In this document: piece after piece, positions 18,812-27,216 of the stretch
Layout: every line of letters starts with the position of its first letter
Numbering within the stretch: the first letter of the stretch is position 1
Assembly: GCA_034520665.1 (NCBI GenBank)
Contig: JAXHNJ010000001.1
Location: 322,579-386,578, forward strand
Source of the DNA: Patescibacteria group bacterium
GTDB lineage: Bacteria; Patescibacteriota; Patescibacteriia; JAXHNJ01
Direction: 5' to 3'
Length of the DNA: 64,000 bases
Translations under genes and position numbers: made by a program
The notes under the pieces: model-generated
Seen by the model: only the letters and a program-made list of their open reading frames with translations
Databases searched by the model: none
What the model was told of the DNA's origin: nothing

Positions 18812-19186
18812 TTAATATTCTAATTTAACCTTAGTTTTTCGGGCAATTTGATGGATTAATTCTTCTAGTCGGGCCATTTCCTTGTAGAGAGCGCGGTCTA
18901 ACTTAGCTTCAATACGAGAAGTCTTTGTTTCAAGATTTTCTGTTTTTCCTTCTAGTTTACCCATTTTACTTTCAAATTTATCCATTCTTTCTACAAGAGA
19001 CTTAATATTCTGTTTAGTGGCAGTTTCTGATTTTTTTGCGGTTTCAGAAAAGCCTTGAGAAACCATGCGTGCCAGCTCATTTAAAGTAATTTGTTTTTTT
19101 CTTACTTTTTTCATAATAATTGATATTCCTTGTAAGCCATCAAAATTTGTCTCTTTATTGTACTCTATGTTTTTGACAAAAGTCAA
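18812..19186 (-). CDS. Coiled-coil hypothetical protein (start may be the internal MKKVRKK at 19114)
   Basis: Heptad-rich 124-aa ORF (KLEGKTENLETKTSRIEAKLDRAL...). Confidence 0.4.
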   Translation of the reverse strand: MTFVKNIEYNKETNFDGLQGISIIMKKVRKKQITLNELARMVSQGFSETAKKSETATKQNIKSLVERMDKFESKMGKLEGKTENLETKTSRIEAKLDRALYKEMARLEELIHQIARKTKVKLEY

Positions 19187-19250
19187 GTTAAAACACTTTA
19201 AATATAGTGTAATAAGTTAGATTATATTATTGAGCGATTTGAGTCTTTAC

Positions 19251-19310
19251 CCATTTTCCCAAAGGCATTAAGCAAATTTTAGTGCTTTTAGGAGAGTTAG
19301 TTCTTTAATA
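19251..19310 (+). promoter_or_regulatory. Island promoter/leader module, copy 3 (degenerate -10 box)
   Basis: CCCATTTTCCCAAAGGCATTAAGCAAATTTTAGTGCTTTTAGGAGAGTTAGTTCTTTAATAAG. Confidence 0.45.
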
Positions 19311-19358
19311 AGTTGGTTTTTAATCGGTCGTTCGGCCATTAAAAGAAAGGAGCGCATT

Positions 19359-19745
19359 ATGAAGCGCTTAGTTTTTTTCTTAGTTCTTGTATTATTTTCG
19401 ATTTCCATCCAGGCGGCTCCGCCGGTAGAAATAGTGCAGAATAACAATAAAATTCTGGAGGCTTCCGGAAAGTTGTCTTTTCGCGAATGGGTGCGTTTTG
19501 GGGAACTCCTAACTTTTTTCTATCTGGATTCTGATAAATATAGTGTTGATACAACCACTATATTTAAAATCTATGAGTATGGAAGAGAAGTTTATAACGG
19601 GCCATTTTCAGAAAAAGTTGAATCCATAGTTGAAGAAAGGAAAGGCCGGGGTATGCTACGCACTGTTGTGCTCGGGAGATTCAATTATGAAATTTTTTTT
19701 ATAGAAGAAATTTGGTTGGATTTATATCCAGCCATAGACCGCTAA
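19359..19745 (+). CDS. Small secreted protein (signal peptide MKRLVFFLVLVLFSISIQAAP)
   Basis: AAAGGAG RBS, a cleavable signal-peptide-like N-terminus, and the module copy upstream. Confidence 0.45.
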   Translation: MKRLVFFLVLVLFSISIQAAPPVEIVQNNNKILEASGKLSFREWVRFGELLTFFYLDSDKYSVDTTTIFKIYEYGREVYNGPFSEKVESIVEERKGRGMLRTVVLGRFNYEIFFIEEIWLDLYPAIDR

Positions 19746-19798
19746 GACCAATTTTTTAGAAAGACGATTTCACTTTTCAAAAGCATAGATCGTCCCTC

Positions 19799-19853
19799 AT
19801 TTCCCCAAAAGCATTATAATTTAGTGCTTTTAGGAGAGTTAGTTCTTTGATAA
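19799..19853 (+). promoter_or_regulatory. Island promoter/leader module, copy 4 (TATAAT at 19815-19820)
   Basis: TTTCCCCAAAAGCATTATAATTTAGTGCTTTTAGGAGAGTTAGTTCTTTGATAA, preceded by the hairpin shared with 18673-18712. Confidence 0.5.
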
Positions 19854-19904
19854 ATTGTTTATTTTGAAAGTTTGCCTAAAAAGCAAATAATGAAAGGAGA
19901 GGAA

Positions 19905-20270
19905 ATGACTAGTGCCTTAGTCATAGTGTCTGTAGTTGCCTTTTTAGGTGCCACCAAGTTTGTCAGGTGGTACTTGAATGGTTGTATTTCGGGTGAACAG
20001 GAACCAGTCTTTGTTTTCGGGCATGTTATGGGAGGACTGGTTTTTATAGCTCTGGTTCTCCAAACGGCAATAGCCTGGGGCTTATGGAGACTGCTGATGA
20101 ATAAGAAATTCGGTATATTCTGGCAGGTCATGCCAGAGCAGCCGGTGATAGCTATTCTTTTCTTTCTTGTCCCCTTGGTTGTCTGGATATTACTTTATTT
20201 ACGGGCGGCTGATAAGAATGAAAATTTAAGGATTGCTGAAGGCAATCCCGTGTTATATAGGAGAAAGTAA
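19905..20270 (+). CDS. Small integral membrane protein (~4 TM helices, GC-richer cassette gene)
   Basis: AAGGAG RBS 6 nt before the ATG at 19905. The ORF track's TTG at 19872 is in frame. Sequence is hydrophobic. Confidence 0.45.
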   Translation: MTSALVIVSVVAFLGATKFVRWYLNGCISGEQEPVFVFGHVMGGLVFIALVLQTAIAWGLWRLLMNKKFGIFWQVMPEQPVIAILFFLVPLVVWILLYLRAADKNENLRIAEGNPVLYRRK

Positions 20271-20280
20271 AAACTTTTTT

Positions 20281-20324
20281 GGGAGCGCTTAATAAGATAG
20301 ACAAATATTAAGTGCTCCCCCAAT
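20281..20324 (+). terminator. Intrinsic terminator (14-bp stem GGGAGCGCTTAATA/TATTAAGTGCTCCC)
   Basis: Long near-perfect stem followed by CAATTTCTTTAGTTTTT. Confidence 0.5.
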
Positions 20325-20476
20325 TTCTTTAGTTTTTAAATTAATTAAAGGTTGAAGAAATTGTTCATTAAATATAAAATCATAGCTGCCATCTTGGAGG
20401 CGAGAAAGCTTGGTTATTTTAGCCAGGTCAATCGACTGGAGATAATTTAAGTCATTTTAGCCGGAGTAATCTGGTA

Positions 20477-20577
20477 TTGGCTTAATTGTCTTCCTTAATA
20501 AACCCTTAACTTTTTTATTAGTTTTGGGAAACTAAACTTATTTATCTCGCCTCCAGCCTGGTGGCTGTGATGATAGA
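20477..20577 (+). repeat. ~100-bp direct repeat, copy 1 (non-coding copy of the 3' end of the 21221 gene)
   Basis: ~97% identical to 21490-21591, with one T indel that breaks the reading frame here. Confidence 0.6.
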
Positions 20578-20606
20578 TGATAGAAGGCGGTGAGTTAATT
20601 TTAGAT

Positions 20607-20638
20607 GCTCCTTTTTTAAAAAAGGAGCCTAAAAAGAA
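20607..20638. terminator. Palindromic hairpin GCTCC-TTTTTTAAAAAA-GGAGC (bidirectional terminator-like)
   Basis: Perfect inverted repeat immediately upstream of the pilin RBS. Confidence 0.35.
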
Positions 20639-20651
20639 AGGAGGGTAAATC

Positions 20652-21080
20652 TTGAATAACAAAAGATTTACTCTGATTGAGCTGATGATCGTGGTAGTAC
20701 TTTTCGGTATTCTGGCGGCTATTGCGATCCCGAATTTCATTAATAAGGACCGGGACGCCAAAGTCAAGGCCAACTGCTATACTTTACAATTGGCCGCTGA
20801 GGATTTTGCCACTCAGAATGGAGGGAATTATCCGATGAATTCCAGTGATCAGACATCCACAAGCGACAGTCTGATTGATTTTCTGCCTGAAGACCAATAT
20901 CTTATCAATCCCTTCACGCAGAAAAGGACGGAGCCCAGTAGCTGGGATGACATCTATCTTGACCATTCCCCGGGATCTATCTCTTACACGCCATGCCCTT
21001 TAGGCGATGACTATGGATACATAATTAGGGGCTATGACCATAAGGGTGATTTGCTGATTTTCCTCTCTTCCATGGACTAG
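20652..21080 (+). CDS. Type IV pilin-like protein (prepilin-type N-terminal cleavage/methylation domain)
   Basis: N-terminus KRFTLIELMIVVVLFGILAAIAIPNF. TTG start with AGGAGG RBS. GC ~46% versus ~33% host. Confidence 0.7.
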   Translation: MNNKRFTLIELMIVVVLFGILAAIAIPNFINKDRDAKVKANCYTLQLAAEDFATQNGGNYPMNSSDQTSTSDSLIDFLPEDQYLINPFTQKRTEPSSWDDIYLDHSPGSISYTPCPLGDDYGYIIRGYDHKGDLLIFLSSMD

Positions 21081-21136
21081 CTCAACTGTCATTTCGGGAA
21101 TCTCTTTTTCATCTTTGATGAATGAGAGATTCCTAC

Positions 21137-21195
21137 TTTTTTCCTAGAAGATTAATAATTTAGTCTTTTTAGAAAAAGAGTTCTTTAAAATTTAT
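21137..21195 (+). promoter_or_regulatory. Island promoter/leader module, copy 5 (degenerate)
   Basis: TTTTTTCCTAGAAGATTAATAATTTAGTCTTTTTAGAAAAAGAGTTCTTTAAAA. Confidence 0.35.
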
Positions 21196-21220
21196 TGGTT
21201 TTATAAAAAGAAAGTTAATC

Positions 21221-21592
21221 ATGAATTTTCTAACAATGTTTCCAGTGATTTTAGTTTTAGTTTTGATGATCAGACAGGATTTCAGTCAAAGAATAATCAG
21301 TCATAAGATTAAAGCCTGTTTAACAGACTTATCACTTATTAATATGATGAAAGCCAATGACAAGGTTACCCGAATAATTGTGGCTTTGGCACTTTTTATC
21401 ATTTTTTATCTGGTAAATTATGCGGCTAAAAGAAGGCTGAAAAAAGAAATAATAGGCGGAGCTAATTTACTATTAATAGCTAACTTATCTTTGCTTTTTG
21501 GCTCAATTGTCTTCCTTAATAAACCCTTAACTTTTTTATTAGTTTTTGGGAAACTAAACTTATTTATCTCGCCTCCAGCCTGGTGGCTGTGA
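21221..21592 (+). CDS. Small integral membrane protein (3-4 TM helices); its 3' end forms direct-repeat copy 2
   Basis: Hydrophobic 123-aa ORF. The last 33 codons coincide with the 100-bp repeat. Confidence 0.4.
   Translation: MNFLTMFPVILVLVLMIRQDFSQRIISHKIKACLTDLSLINMMKANDKVTRIIVALALFIIFYLVNYAAKRRLKKEIIGGANLLLIANLSLLFGSIVFLNKPLTFLLVFGKLNLFISPPAWWL
21490..21591 (+). repeat. ~100-bp direct repeat, copy 2
   Basis: See 20477-20577. Confidence 0.6.
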
Positions 21593-21724
21593 TGATAGAA
21601 GACAGTCTATTTAAATGTCCTTAAAAAAGAGCCTGATAAAACCATAAATTAAAGGGTGCATTTAACTGATAATTCAAAAAAAATCGCCCTTCCATTTCAG
21701 AGCTTAAAAAATATCTTTTAAGAC

Positions 21725-21741
21725 TTGAGACGGATCTTTAA
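21725..21741 (+). repeat. 17-bp direct repeat TTGAGACGGATCTTTAA, left copy
   Basis: Exact 17-mer repeated at 22374-22390. The two copies bracket one GC-rich gene and its terminator. Confidence 0.55.
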
Positions 21742-21789
21742 AAAGGGTTGCTGTTTACCTACGAAAACAGCAATAAAAAGGAGGATACG

Positions 21790-22296
21790 GTGAAGAATTT
21801 TTTTATCGTTTTCGTATCAGTTCTTTTCATTGCCTCGCTTTGCCAGGCAGAATGTTTGAAAACCTGTAATTCTCAGACTCTCGATAGCCTAGAGAAGACA
21901 ATCAGAAATGAAAAGTTTTATGGGGAAGCCTGGTCACAGGTCATAGCCCGTGGTACCTGTCATATTGATATTTGTGAGACCACAACGATCTATTCAGAAG
22001 TAGAATGGATAATGTACACAAATACCGATGGCTATGTACAGATGTATTTCAACGCGGCTTTTCCGAGCGCTTTCGAGGTGGAGATAGAATTAACCAAAGA
22101 CAGTCTCGACCGCTCTTGGAAAGTAGAAGTGTTCAGAGACCAGGCCTATACTTGGATGGGTCTGACTAACAACTGGATTTATGAGCGTAAAGATAGCCAG
22201 ATGAATGAAGTACTATCAAAGCTCTATACTGGGCTGTTGGTCGATAATCTCTCATTTATTTCCGCGCCGGAGATAACCTGGCTCGGCAACGATTAA
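21790..22296 (+). CDS. Secreted protein (GTG start after AAGGAGG; signal peptide VKNFFIVFVSVLFIASLCQA)
   Basis: RBS-supported GTG at 21790. The ORF track's ATG at 21748 is in frame. GC-richer than the host. Confidence 0.45.
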   Translation: MKNFFIVFVSVLFIASLCQAECLKTCNSQTLDSLEKTIRNEKFYGEAWSQVIARGTCHIDICETTTIYSEVEWIMYTNTDGYVQMYFNAAFPSAFEVEIELTKDSLDRSWKVEVFRDQAYTWMGLTNNWIYERKDSQMNEVLSKLYTGLLVDNLSFISAPEITWLGND

Positions 22297-22318
22297 TTTC
22301 TTCGTATACCTGATCATT

Positions 22319-22360
22319 GGGTGCGTGAACAGAGTAGCGCACCCGTCTATCTTAGTTTTT
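22319..22360 (+). terminator. Intrinsic terminator (GGGTGCG...CGCACCC followed by a T-rich tail)
   Basis: 7-bp GC-rich stem, 12-nt loop, and GTCTATCTTAGTTTTT downstream. Confidence 0.5.
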
Positions 22361-22373
22361 AATAATTTAAAAA

Positions 22374-22390
22374 TTGAGACGGATCTTTAA
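22374..22390 (+). repeat. 17-bp direct repeat TTGAGACGGATCTTTAA, right copy
   Basis: See 21725-21741. Confidence 0.55.
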
Positions 22391-22391
22391 C

Positions 22392-22419
22392 TTGACAAAA
22401 GCTTCAATATAGTTATATT
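22392..22419 (+). promoter_or_regulatory. Sigma70-like promoter (TTGACA-16-TATATT) upstream of murJ with a ~215-nt leader
   Basis: Starts immediately after the right 17-bp repeat. Confidence 0.4.
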
Positions 22420-22633
22420 ATTGAAGTTAGAAAGCTGTCAGTTAAGCCTAAAATTAAAGACTTTACTTTTAAGTTGCAAAATCTCTCTCCTCATCTTAAA
22501 ATGTTCGCATTTTAAGAAACGCATCGAAAAAAGAAGGTCTTGAAATTAACAAAGCTTACTGGCAGCTTTTTGGTTATAAAATTTTTATTATTAGATTGAT
22601 TTTAGGCCTAAAATCTGCTAAAATCAGATTATT

Positions 22634-24262
22634 ATGTGGCGAAAAGTCTGGAATAAACTTCAAAACACTGTAGCTGGCGGAGCTATTATTATAGCTTCGG
22701 CTTCTGTTTTATCAAAGGTTTTAGGCTTAGTGCGCGACCGGCTTTTGGCTTCTTCTTTTGGAGCCAGTGATATTTTAGACACTTATTTTGCCGCTTTTCG
22801 TTTGCCAGATCTTATTTTTAATATTTTAGTTTTAGGAGCTTTGTCTTCGGCTTTTATTCCGATTTTTATTGAGTATTGGAAAAAAGGTAAAAGCGCCCTG
22901 GCTAGAAAAGAAGCCTGGCATATTGCTAATTCTATTTTGAATATTATAGTAGTTTTTTTATTTATCTTGGGATTAATATTTTTGATTTTTGCTCCCCAAT
23001 TAGTTTCTTTAATTACTCCCGGTTTTGACGCGCAAAAACAAGCTATGACCACTAGGTTAACTCGTATTATGTTAGCTTCAATTTTACTTTTTGGCGTTTC
23101 TAATGTTTTTTCCAGTATTTTAAATTCTTTTCGCCGCTTTTTGGCCTATGCTCTAGCCCCGATCATGTATAACGTCGGTATTATCTTTGGTATTCTTTTT
23201 CTTTATCCGGGTATGGGCATAGAAGGTCTGGCCTGGGGGGTAGTTTTAGGCGCTTTTTTACATATGGTCATTCAGCTGCCAGCTGTTTTAAAAACAGGCT
23301 ATCGTTATAAACGAGTTTTTAACTACCATCATCCTGGAGTTAAAAAAATGGCCCGACTTATTTTACCTCGCACTTTTGGATTAGCTATTTTTCAGATTAA
23401 TCGTTTGGTTATAACCATCGTTGCTTCGACCTTAATGGCTGGTTCAATCGCCGTTTTTAATTTAGCTAATAATTTGCAGAGTTTTCCCATCAACGTATTT
23501 GGTGTCTCTTTAGCCATAGCTGCTTTTCCTTTGATGAGCAGCGCTTTTGCTGAGAAAGACACTGGCAAGTTTGTGCTTCATTTTTCAGTTACCTTTAGAC
23601 GTATTCTATTTTTAGTAATACCTGCCTCAGTTTTAATCCTTTTATTAAGAGCTCAGCTGGTGCGAGTAATTTTAGGATCCGGCTCTTTTGACTGGCAAGA
23701 TACTTATTTAACCGCTCAGACCCTGGGGTATTTTTCATTATCTCTTTTTGCTCAAAGCTTAGTCCCAGTTTTGGCTCGTTCGTTTTATGCTCACCATGAC
23801 ACTAAAACGCCAGTTAAAGTCAGTATTTTTTCTTTGGTTATAAATATAATCGGCTCAGTGATTTTAGGTAAAGTTATGGGAGTGACTGGCCTGGCCCTTT
23901 CTTTTTCCATTGCTAATATTATAAATATGATTCTTTTACTGGGTATTTTAAGGAATAAAATGGGCTATTTGGATGATAAAAAAATAATTAATTCCACTTT
24001 GAAAATAGCCATGGCCAGTATAGTCATGGGCGGCGTAATCTGGCTGGTTAAGCGTTTTTTGGTCTTAGGTATCGATATGAGCACCTTTGTCGGAGTGTTT
24101 TTACAGGGCCTAATAGCTGGTTTATCTGGTATAATAGTTTATTTATTAATAGCTTTGATTTTCCGTTTTGATGAAATTTCAATAATCACTAATTGGTTTA
24201 GAAGAACCAAGAAAAAAATTATTAATAATACTAAGAATAATTCCAATAATAATTATAAATAA
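22634..24262 (+). CDS. murJ: Lipid II flippase MurJ (MviN)
   Basis: 14-TM MOP-superfamily protein. N-terminal LSKVLGLVRDRLLASSFGASDILDTYFAAFRLPDLIF is diagnostic of MurJ. Confidence 0.85.
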   Translation: MWRKVWNKLQNTVAGGAIIIASASVLSKVLGLVRDRLLASSFGASDILDTYFAAFRLPDLIFNILVLGALSSAFIPIFIEYWKKGKSALARKEAWHIANSILNIIVVFLFILGLIFLIFAPQLVSLITPGFDAQKQAMTTRLTRIMLASILLFGVSNVFSSILNSFRRFLAYALAPIMYNVGIIFGILFLYPGMGIEGLAWGVVLGAFLHMVIQLPAVLKTGYRYKRVFNYHHPGVKKMARLILPRTFGLAIFQINRLVITIVASTLMAGSIAVFNLANNLQSFPINVFGVSLAIAAFPLMSSAFAEKDTGKFVLHFSVTFRRILFLVIPASVLILLLRAQLVRVILGSGSFDWQDTYLTAQTLGYFSLSLFAQSLVPVLARSFYAHHDTKTPVKVSIFSLVINIIGSVILGKVMGVTGLALSFSIANIINMILLLGILRNKMGYLDDKKIINSTLKIAMASIVMGGVIWLVKRFLVLGIDMSTFVGVFLQGLIAGLSGIIVYLLIALIFRFDEISIITNWFRRTKKKIINNTKNNSNNNYK

Positions 24263-24263
24263 A

Positions 24264-24490
24264 TATTTCTTAGCCACTTCAGTGGCGTACTGTAACCTTA
24301 CTCACAAATTCAATCATACGCGACTAAAGTCGCTAGGAAATATCTTATAGAATTTCTTAGCCACTTCAGTGGCGTACTGTAGTAATCCTTAGCAAAAAAA
24401 TACCTTGTTCACAAATTCAATCATACGCGACTAAAGTCGCTAGGAAATATCTTGTAGAATTTCTTAGCCACTTCAGTGGCGTACTGTAAT
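24264..24490 (+). repeat. REP/BIME-like array upstream of the RAYT gene (about 2.5 copies of an ~85-bp unit)
   Basis: The unit is TT(A/G)(C/T)TCACAAATTCAATCATACGCGACTAAAGTCGCTAGGAAATATCTT(A/G)TAGAATTTCTTAGCCACTTCAGTGGCGTACTGTA. It contains palindromes GCGACT-aaa-GTCGC and GCCACT-tc-AGTGGC. Spacers are 3-23 nt. Confidence 0.65.
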
Positions 24491-24525
24491 TTAAATAAAT
24501 AATATTAAAATTAATTTAAATTATC

Positions 24526-25062
24526 ATGTCTAGATATTTTGTCGATAAATCATATTATTTTGTTACTGTACCAACAAATAAAAGGTATCACTTCTTTAAT
24601 AGTAATACTAAAAAGAAAATAATTCTGGATCAGATAAACAGAGTATGTAATGCTTATAATTTAAAAGAATTTAATTTTGGTATTATCTCTAATCATTACC
24701 ATTTTGTGGCTTATTTTAAAGAAGGAAGTATTATGCCAAAAATATTAAAGCAAATTAATGGTCGAAGTTCTTATGAATTAAATAAATTGACTGATAATAA
24801 GAAAGAAGTGTGGGGAGAATATTACATATATTTAATTGAAGATGATGTTTTGTTAGCAAAAGCACTCGGTTATGTAGTGGGTAATCCTTTAAAACATAAA
24901 GAAATTAAATCGTTTAAAGAATTAGAAAAATATCCTTTTTCCAGTTATAAGTCACTTATTAAAAGAATGGATAAAAAGGATGTTAATCAATATATCCGAT
25001 CTGTTATTAATATAAGGGAAAATGATTTTACCGCAAGTAATTTTAAAGTTAGATGTGAATAA
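24526..25062 (+). CDS. REP-associated tyrosine transposase (RAYT; IS200/IS605 TnpA-like Y1 HUH transposase)
   Basis: HUH motif ISNHYHFVAYF. The ILKQINGRSSYELN and VWGEYYIYLIEDD...YVVGNPLKH blocks match RAYT/TnpA_REP proteins. Flanked by REP-like palindrome arrays. Confidence 0.65.
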   Translation: MSRYFVDKSYYFVTVPTNKRYHFFNSNTKKKIILDQINRVCNAYNLKEFNFGIISNHYHFVAYFKEGSIMPKILKQINGRSSYELNKLTDNKKEVWGEYYIYLIEDDVLLAKALGYVVGNPLKHKEIKSFKELEKYPFSSYKSLIKRMDKKDVNQYIRSVINIRENDFTASNFKVRCE

Positions 25063-25080
25063 ATTTATGATGAAATATTT

Positions 25081-25316
25081 TATAGTATTTCTTAGCCACT
25101 TCAGTGGCGTAGCTATAATAATCTTTAATAAAAAAATACTTTACTCACAAATTCAATCATACGCGACTAAAGTCGCTAGGAAATATCTTATAGTATTTCT
25201 TTATAGAATTTCTTAGCCACTTCAGTGGCGTACTGTAGTAATCCTTAACAAAAACTTTACTCACAAATTCAATCATACGCGACTAAAGTCGCTAGGAAAT
25301 ATCTTGTAGAATTTTT
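25081..25316 (+). repeat. REP/BIME-like array downstream of the RAYT gene (about 2.5 copies)
   Basis: Same ~85-bp unit as 24264-24490. Confidence 0.65.
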
Positions 25317-25330
25317 TAACAAATTTTTAT

Positions 25331-27112
25331 ATGATTAGTAAAATAAGAAATTTTTGTATTATTGCCCATATCGATCATGGCAAATCAACTTTAGCTGACC
25401 GGTTTTTAGAATTAGCCGCTCATGTGCCCAGAAGAAAAATGAAAGAGCAGTTTCTTGATCAGATGGACTTAGAAAGAGAGAGAGGTATAACCATTAAATT
25501 ACAACCGGTTCGCTTAAATTATCAAAGTTATGAACTAAACTTAATTGATACTCCCGGTCATGTGGATTTTTCTTATGAAGTATCGCGTTCTCTGGCTGCG
25601 GTTGAGGGAGCGGTGCTATTAGTAGATGCTACCCAGGGTATTCAAGCTCAGACTTTGGCTAATTTATATTTAGCTTTAGATCATGATTTAGCTATTATTC
25701 CGGTTATTAATAAGATAGATTTACCCAATGCTCAAATAGAAGAGTCTGTTAAAGAATTAAGTGATTTATTGGGAGTAGAAGAAAGCGAAGTAATTAAAAT
25801 ATCAGCTAAAAAAGGTACTAATGTAAAAAAAATATTAGAGCAAATTGTTAAACAAATACCAGCCCCGCCAGAACAAGAGAAAAATGAGTTAAAAGCTCTG
25901 GTTTTTGATTCAAATTATGATGATTATAAGGGAGCGGTCGTGCATACTCGACTTTTTTCTGGTCAAATAAAAGCTGGTGATAAAATTTTATTTAAGGCCC
26001 AAAATAAAATTACTGAAGTTTCAGAAGTAGGCTATTTCAGTCCTTTTTTTAAAAAAACCGAGCAATTAAAAAATGGCCAGATTGGCTATTTGGTGACCGG
26101 CTTTAAAAATATTAGTGATATTAGAGTAGGGGATACTATTATCCATCAGGGTTCAAAAATTAAACCTTGTGCTGGTTATAAAGAGGTAAAGCCCATGGTC
26201 TTTGCCAGTCTTTTTCCATCTAGTGGAGATGATTATAAAAATTTGAGGAAAGCTATTGAAAAGTTGAAACTCAATGACTCTTCGTTGATTTTTGAACCAG
26301 AAAGCTCTCGGGCTTTGGGTTTTGGTTTTCGGTGCGGTTTTTTAGGGCTTCTACACCTGGAAATAGTCCAGGCAAGACTAGAAAGAGAGTATGATATTGG
26401 TATCATTACTACTGTGCCCAGTGTGGCTTATCAGGTTAAATTAACTAATAATAGAGCTAAAACCATACACAATGCTGAAGAATGGCCTGAGCCGGAGGAG
26501 ATAGAAGAGGTTAGAGAACCTTTTGTTAAGCTTGATATTATTACTCCCCAAAAATACATCGGACAAATTATGCCCTTGGCCGAAAATTTTCGGGGGAATT
26601 ACCTAAATACTGAATATTTACACAGTACTCAGGAAACCAGGGCTATTTTACATTATGAAATGCCGCTTTCTTCCATTTTGACCTATTTTTATGATAAACT
26701 AAAGAGTGTCTCTTCTGGCTTTGCTTCCTTAAACTATGAATTTATTGATTACAGGCCAGCTGATATTACTAGGATAGAAATTTTAGTGGCTGAAGAAAAA
26801 GTACCGGCTTTATCCTGTCTGGTTTATAAAGACAGCGCTTATAAGCAAGCCCGGCAGATAGTGGATAAATTAAAGGAGATTATTCCCCGTCAACAGTTTG
26901 TGGTTAAAATCCAGGCCCTGGTTGAAGGTGATATTATCGCGGCCAGCCGCCTAGCCGCTCTACGCAAAGATGTCACGGCTGGACTTTATGGCGGAGATGT
27001 TTCTCGTAAGAAAAAACTTCTTCAAAAACAAAAAAAGGGTAAGAAAAAAATGCAGTCTCAGGGAAAAGTGGAGATACCCACTAAAGCTTATTTAGAGGTG
27101 TTAAAACGTTAA
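25331..27112 (+). CDS. lepA: Elongation factor 4 (LepA)
   Basis: IRNFCIIAHIDHGKSTLADR G-domain, the DTPGHVDF motif, and the characteristic LepA C-terminal domain. Confidence 0.9.
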   Translation: MISKIRNFCIIAHIDHGKSTLADRFLELAAHVPRRKMKEQFLDQMDLERERGITIKLQPVRLNYQSYELNLIDTPGHVDFSYEVSRSLAAVEGAVLLVDATQGIQAQTLANLYLALDHDLAIIPVINKIDLPNAQIEESVKELSDLLGVEESEVIKISAKKGTNVKKILEQIVKQIPAPPEQEKNELKALVFDSNYDDYKGAVVHTRLFSGQIKAGDKILFKAQNKITEVSEVGYFSPFFKKTEQLKNGQIGYLVTGFKNISDIRVGDTIIHQGSKIKPCAGYKEVKPMVFASLFPSSGDDYKNLRKAIEKLKLNDSSLIFEPESSRALGFGFRCGFLGLLHLEIVQARLEREYDIGIITTVPSVAYQVKLTNNRAKTIHNAEEWPEPEEIEEVREPFVKLDIITPQKYIGQIMPLAENFRGNYLNTEYLHSTQETRAILHYEMPLSSILTYFYDKLKSVSSGFASLNYEFIDYRPADITRIEILVAEEKVPALSCLVYKDSAYKQARQIVDKLKEIIPRQQFVVKIQALVEGDIIAASRLAALRKDVTAGLYGGDVSRKKKLLQKQKKGKKKMQSQGKVEIPTKAYLEVLKR

Positions 27113-27216
27113 TAAAATAAGGGGGCGATACCCAAAAATAAAAGCCCTAAAACTGCTAGCACGGCAATAATAGACCAAATAATTCTAACTTTTCTTTTTC
27201 GTTTCTTATTTATCAT

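Noticed and set aside
20495-20773. ORF 20495..20773 (-, 92 aa)
   Set aside because: It is antisense to the 100-bp direct repeat and the pilin gene start, and has no RBS. It is most likely spurious.
24264-25316. Possible CRISPR array (regularly spaced repeats around a small gene)
   Set aside because: The repeat unit is ~85 bp and internally doubly palindromic. The spacers are only 3-28 bp and partly similar to each other. No cas genes are present. The central gene is a RAYT-type HUH transposase, so the REP/BIME interpretation fits far better.
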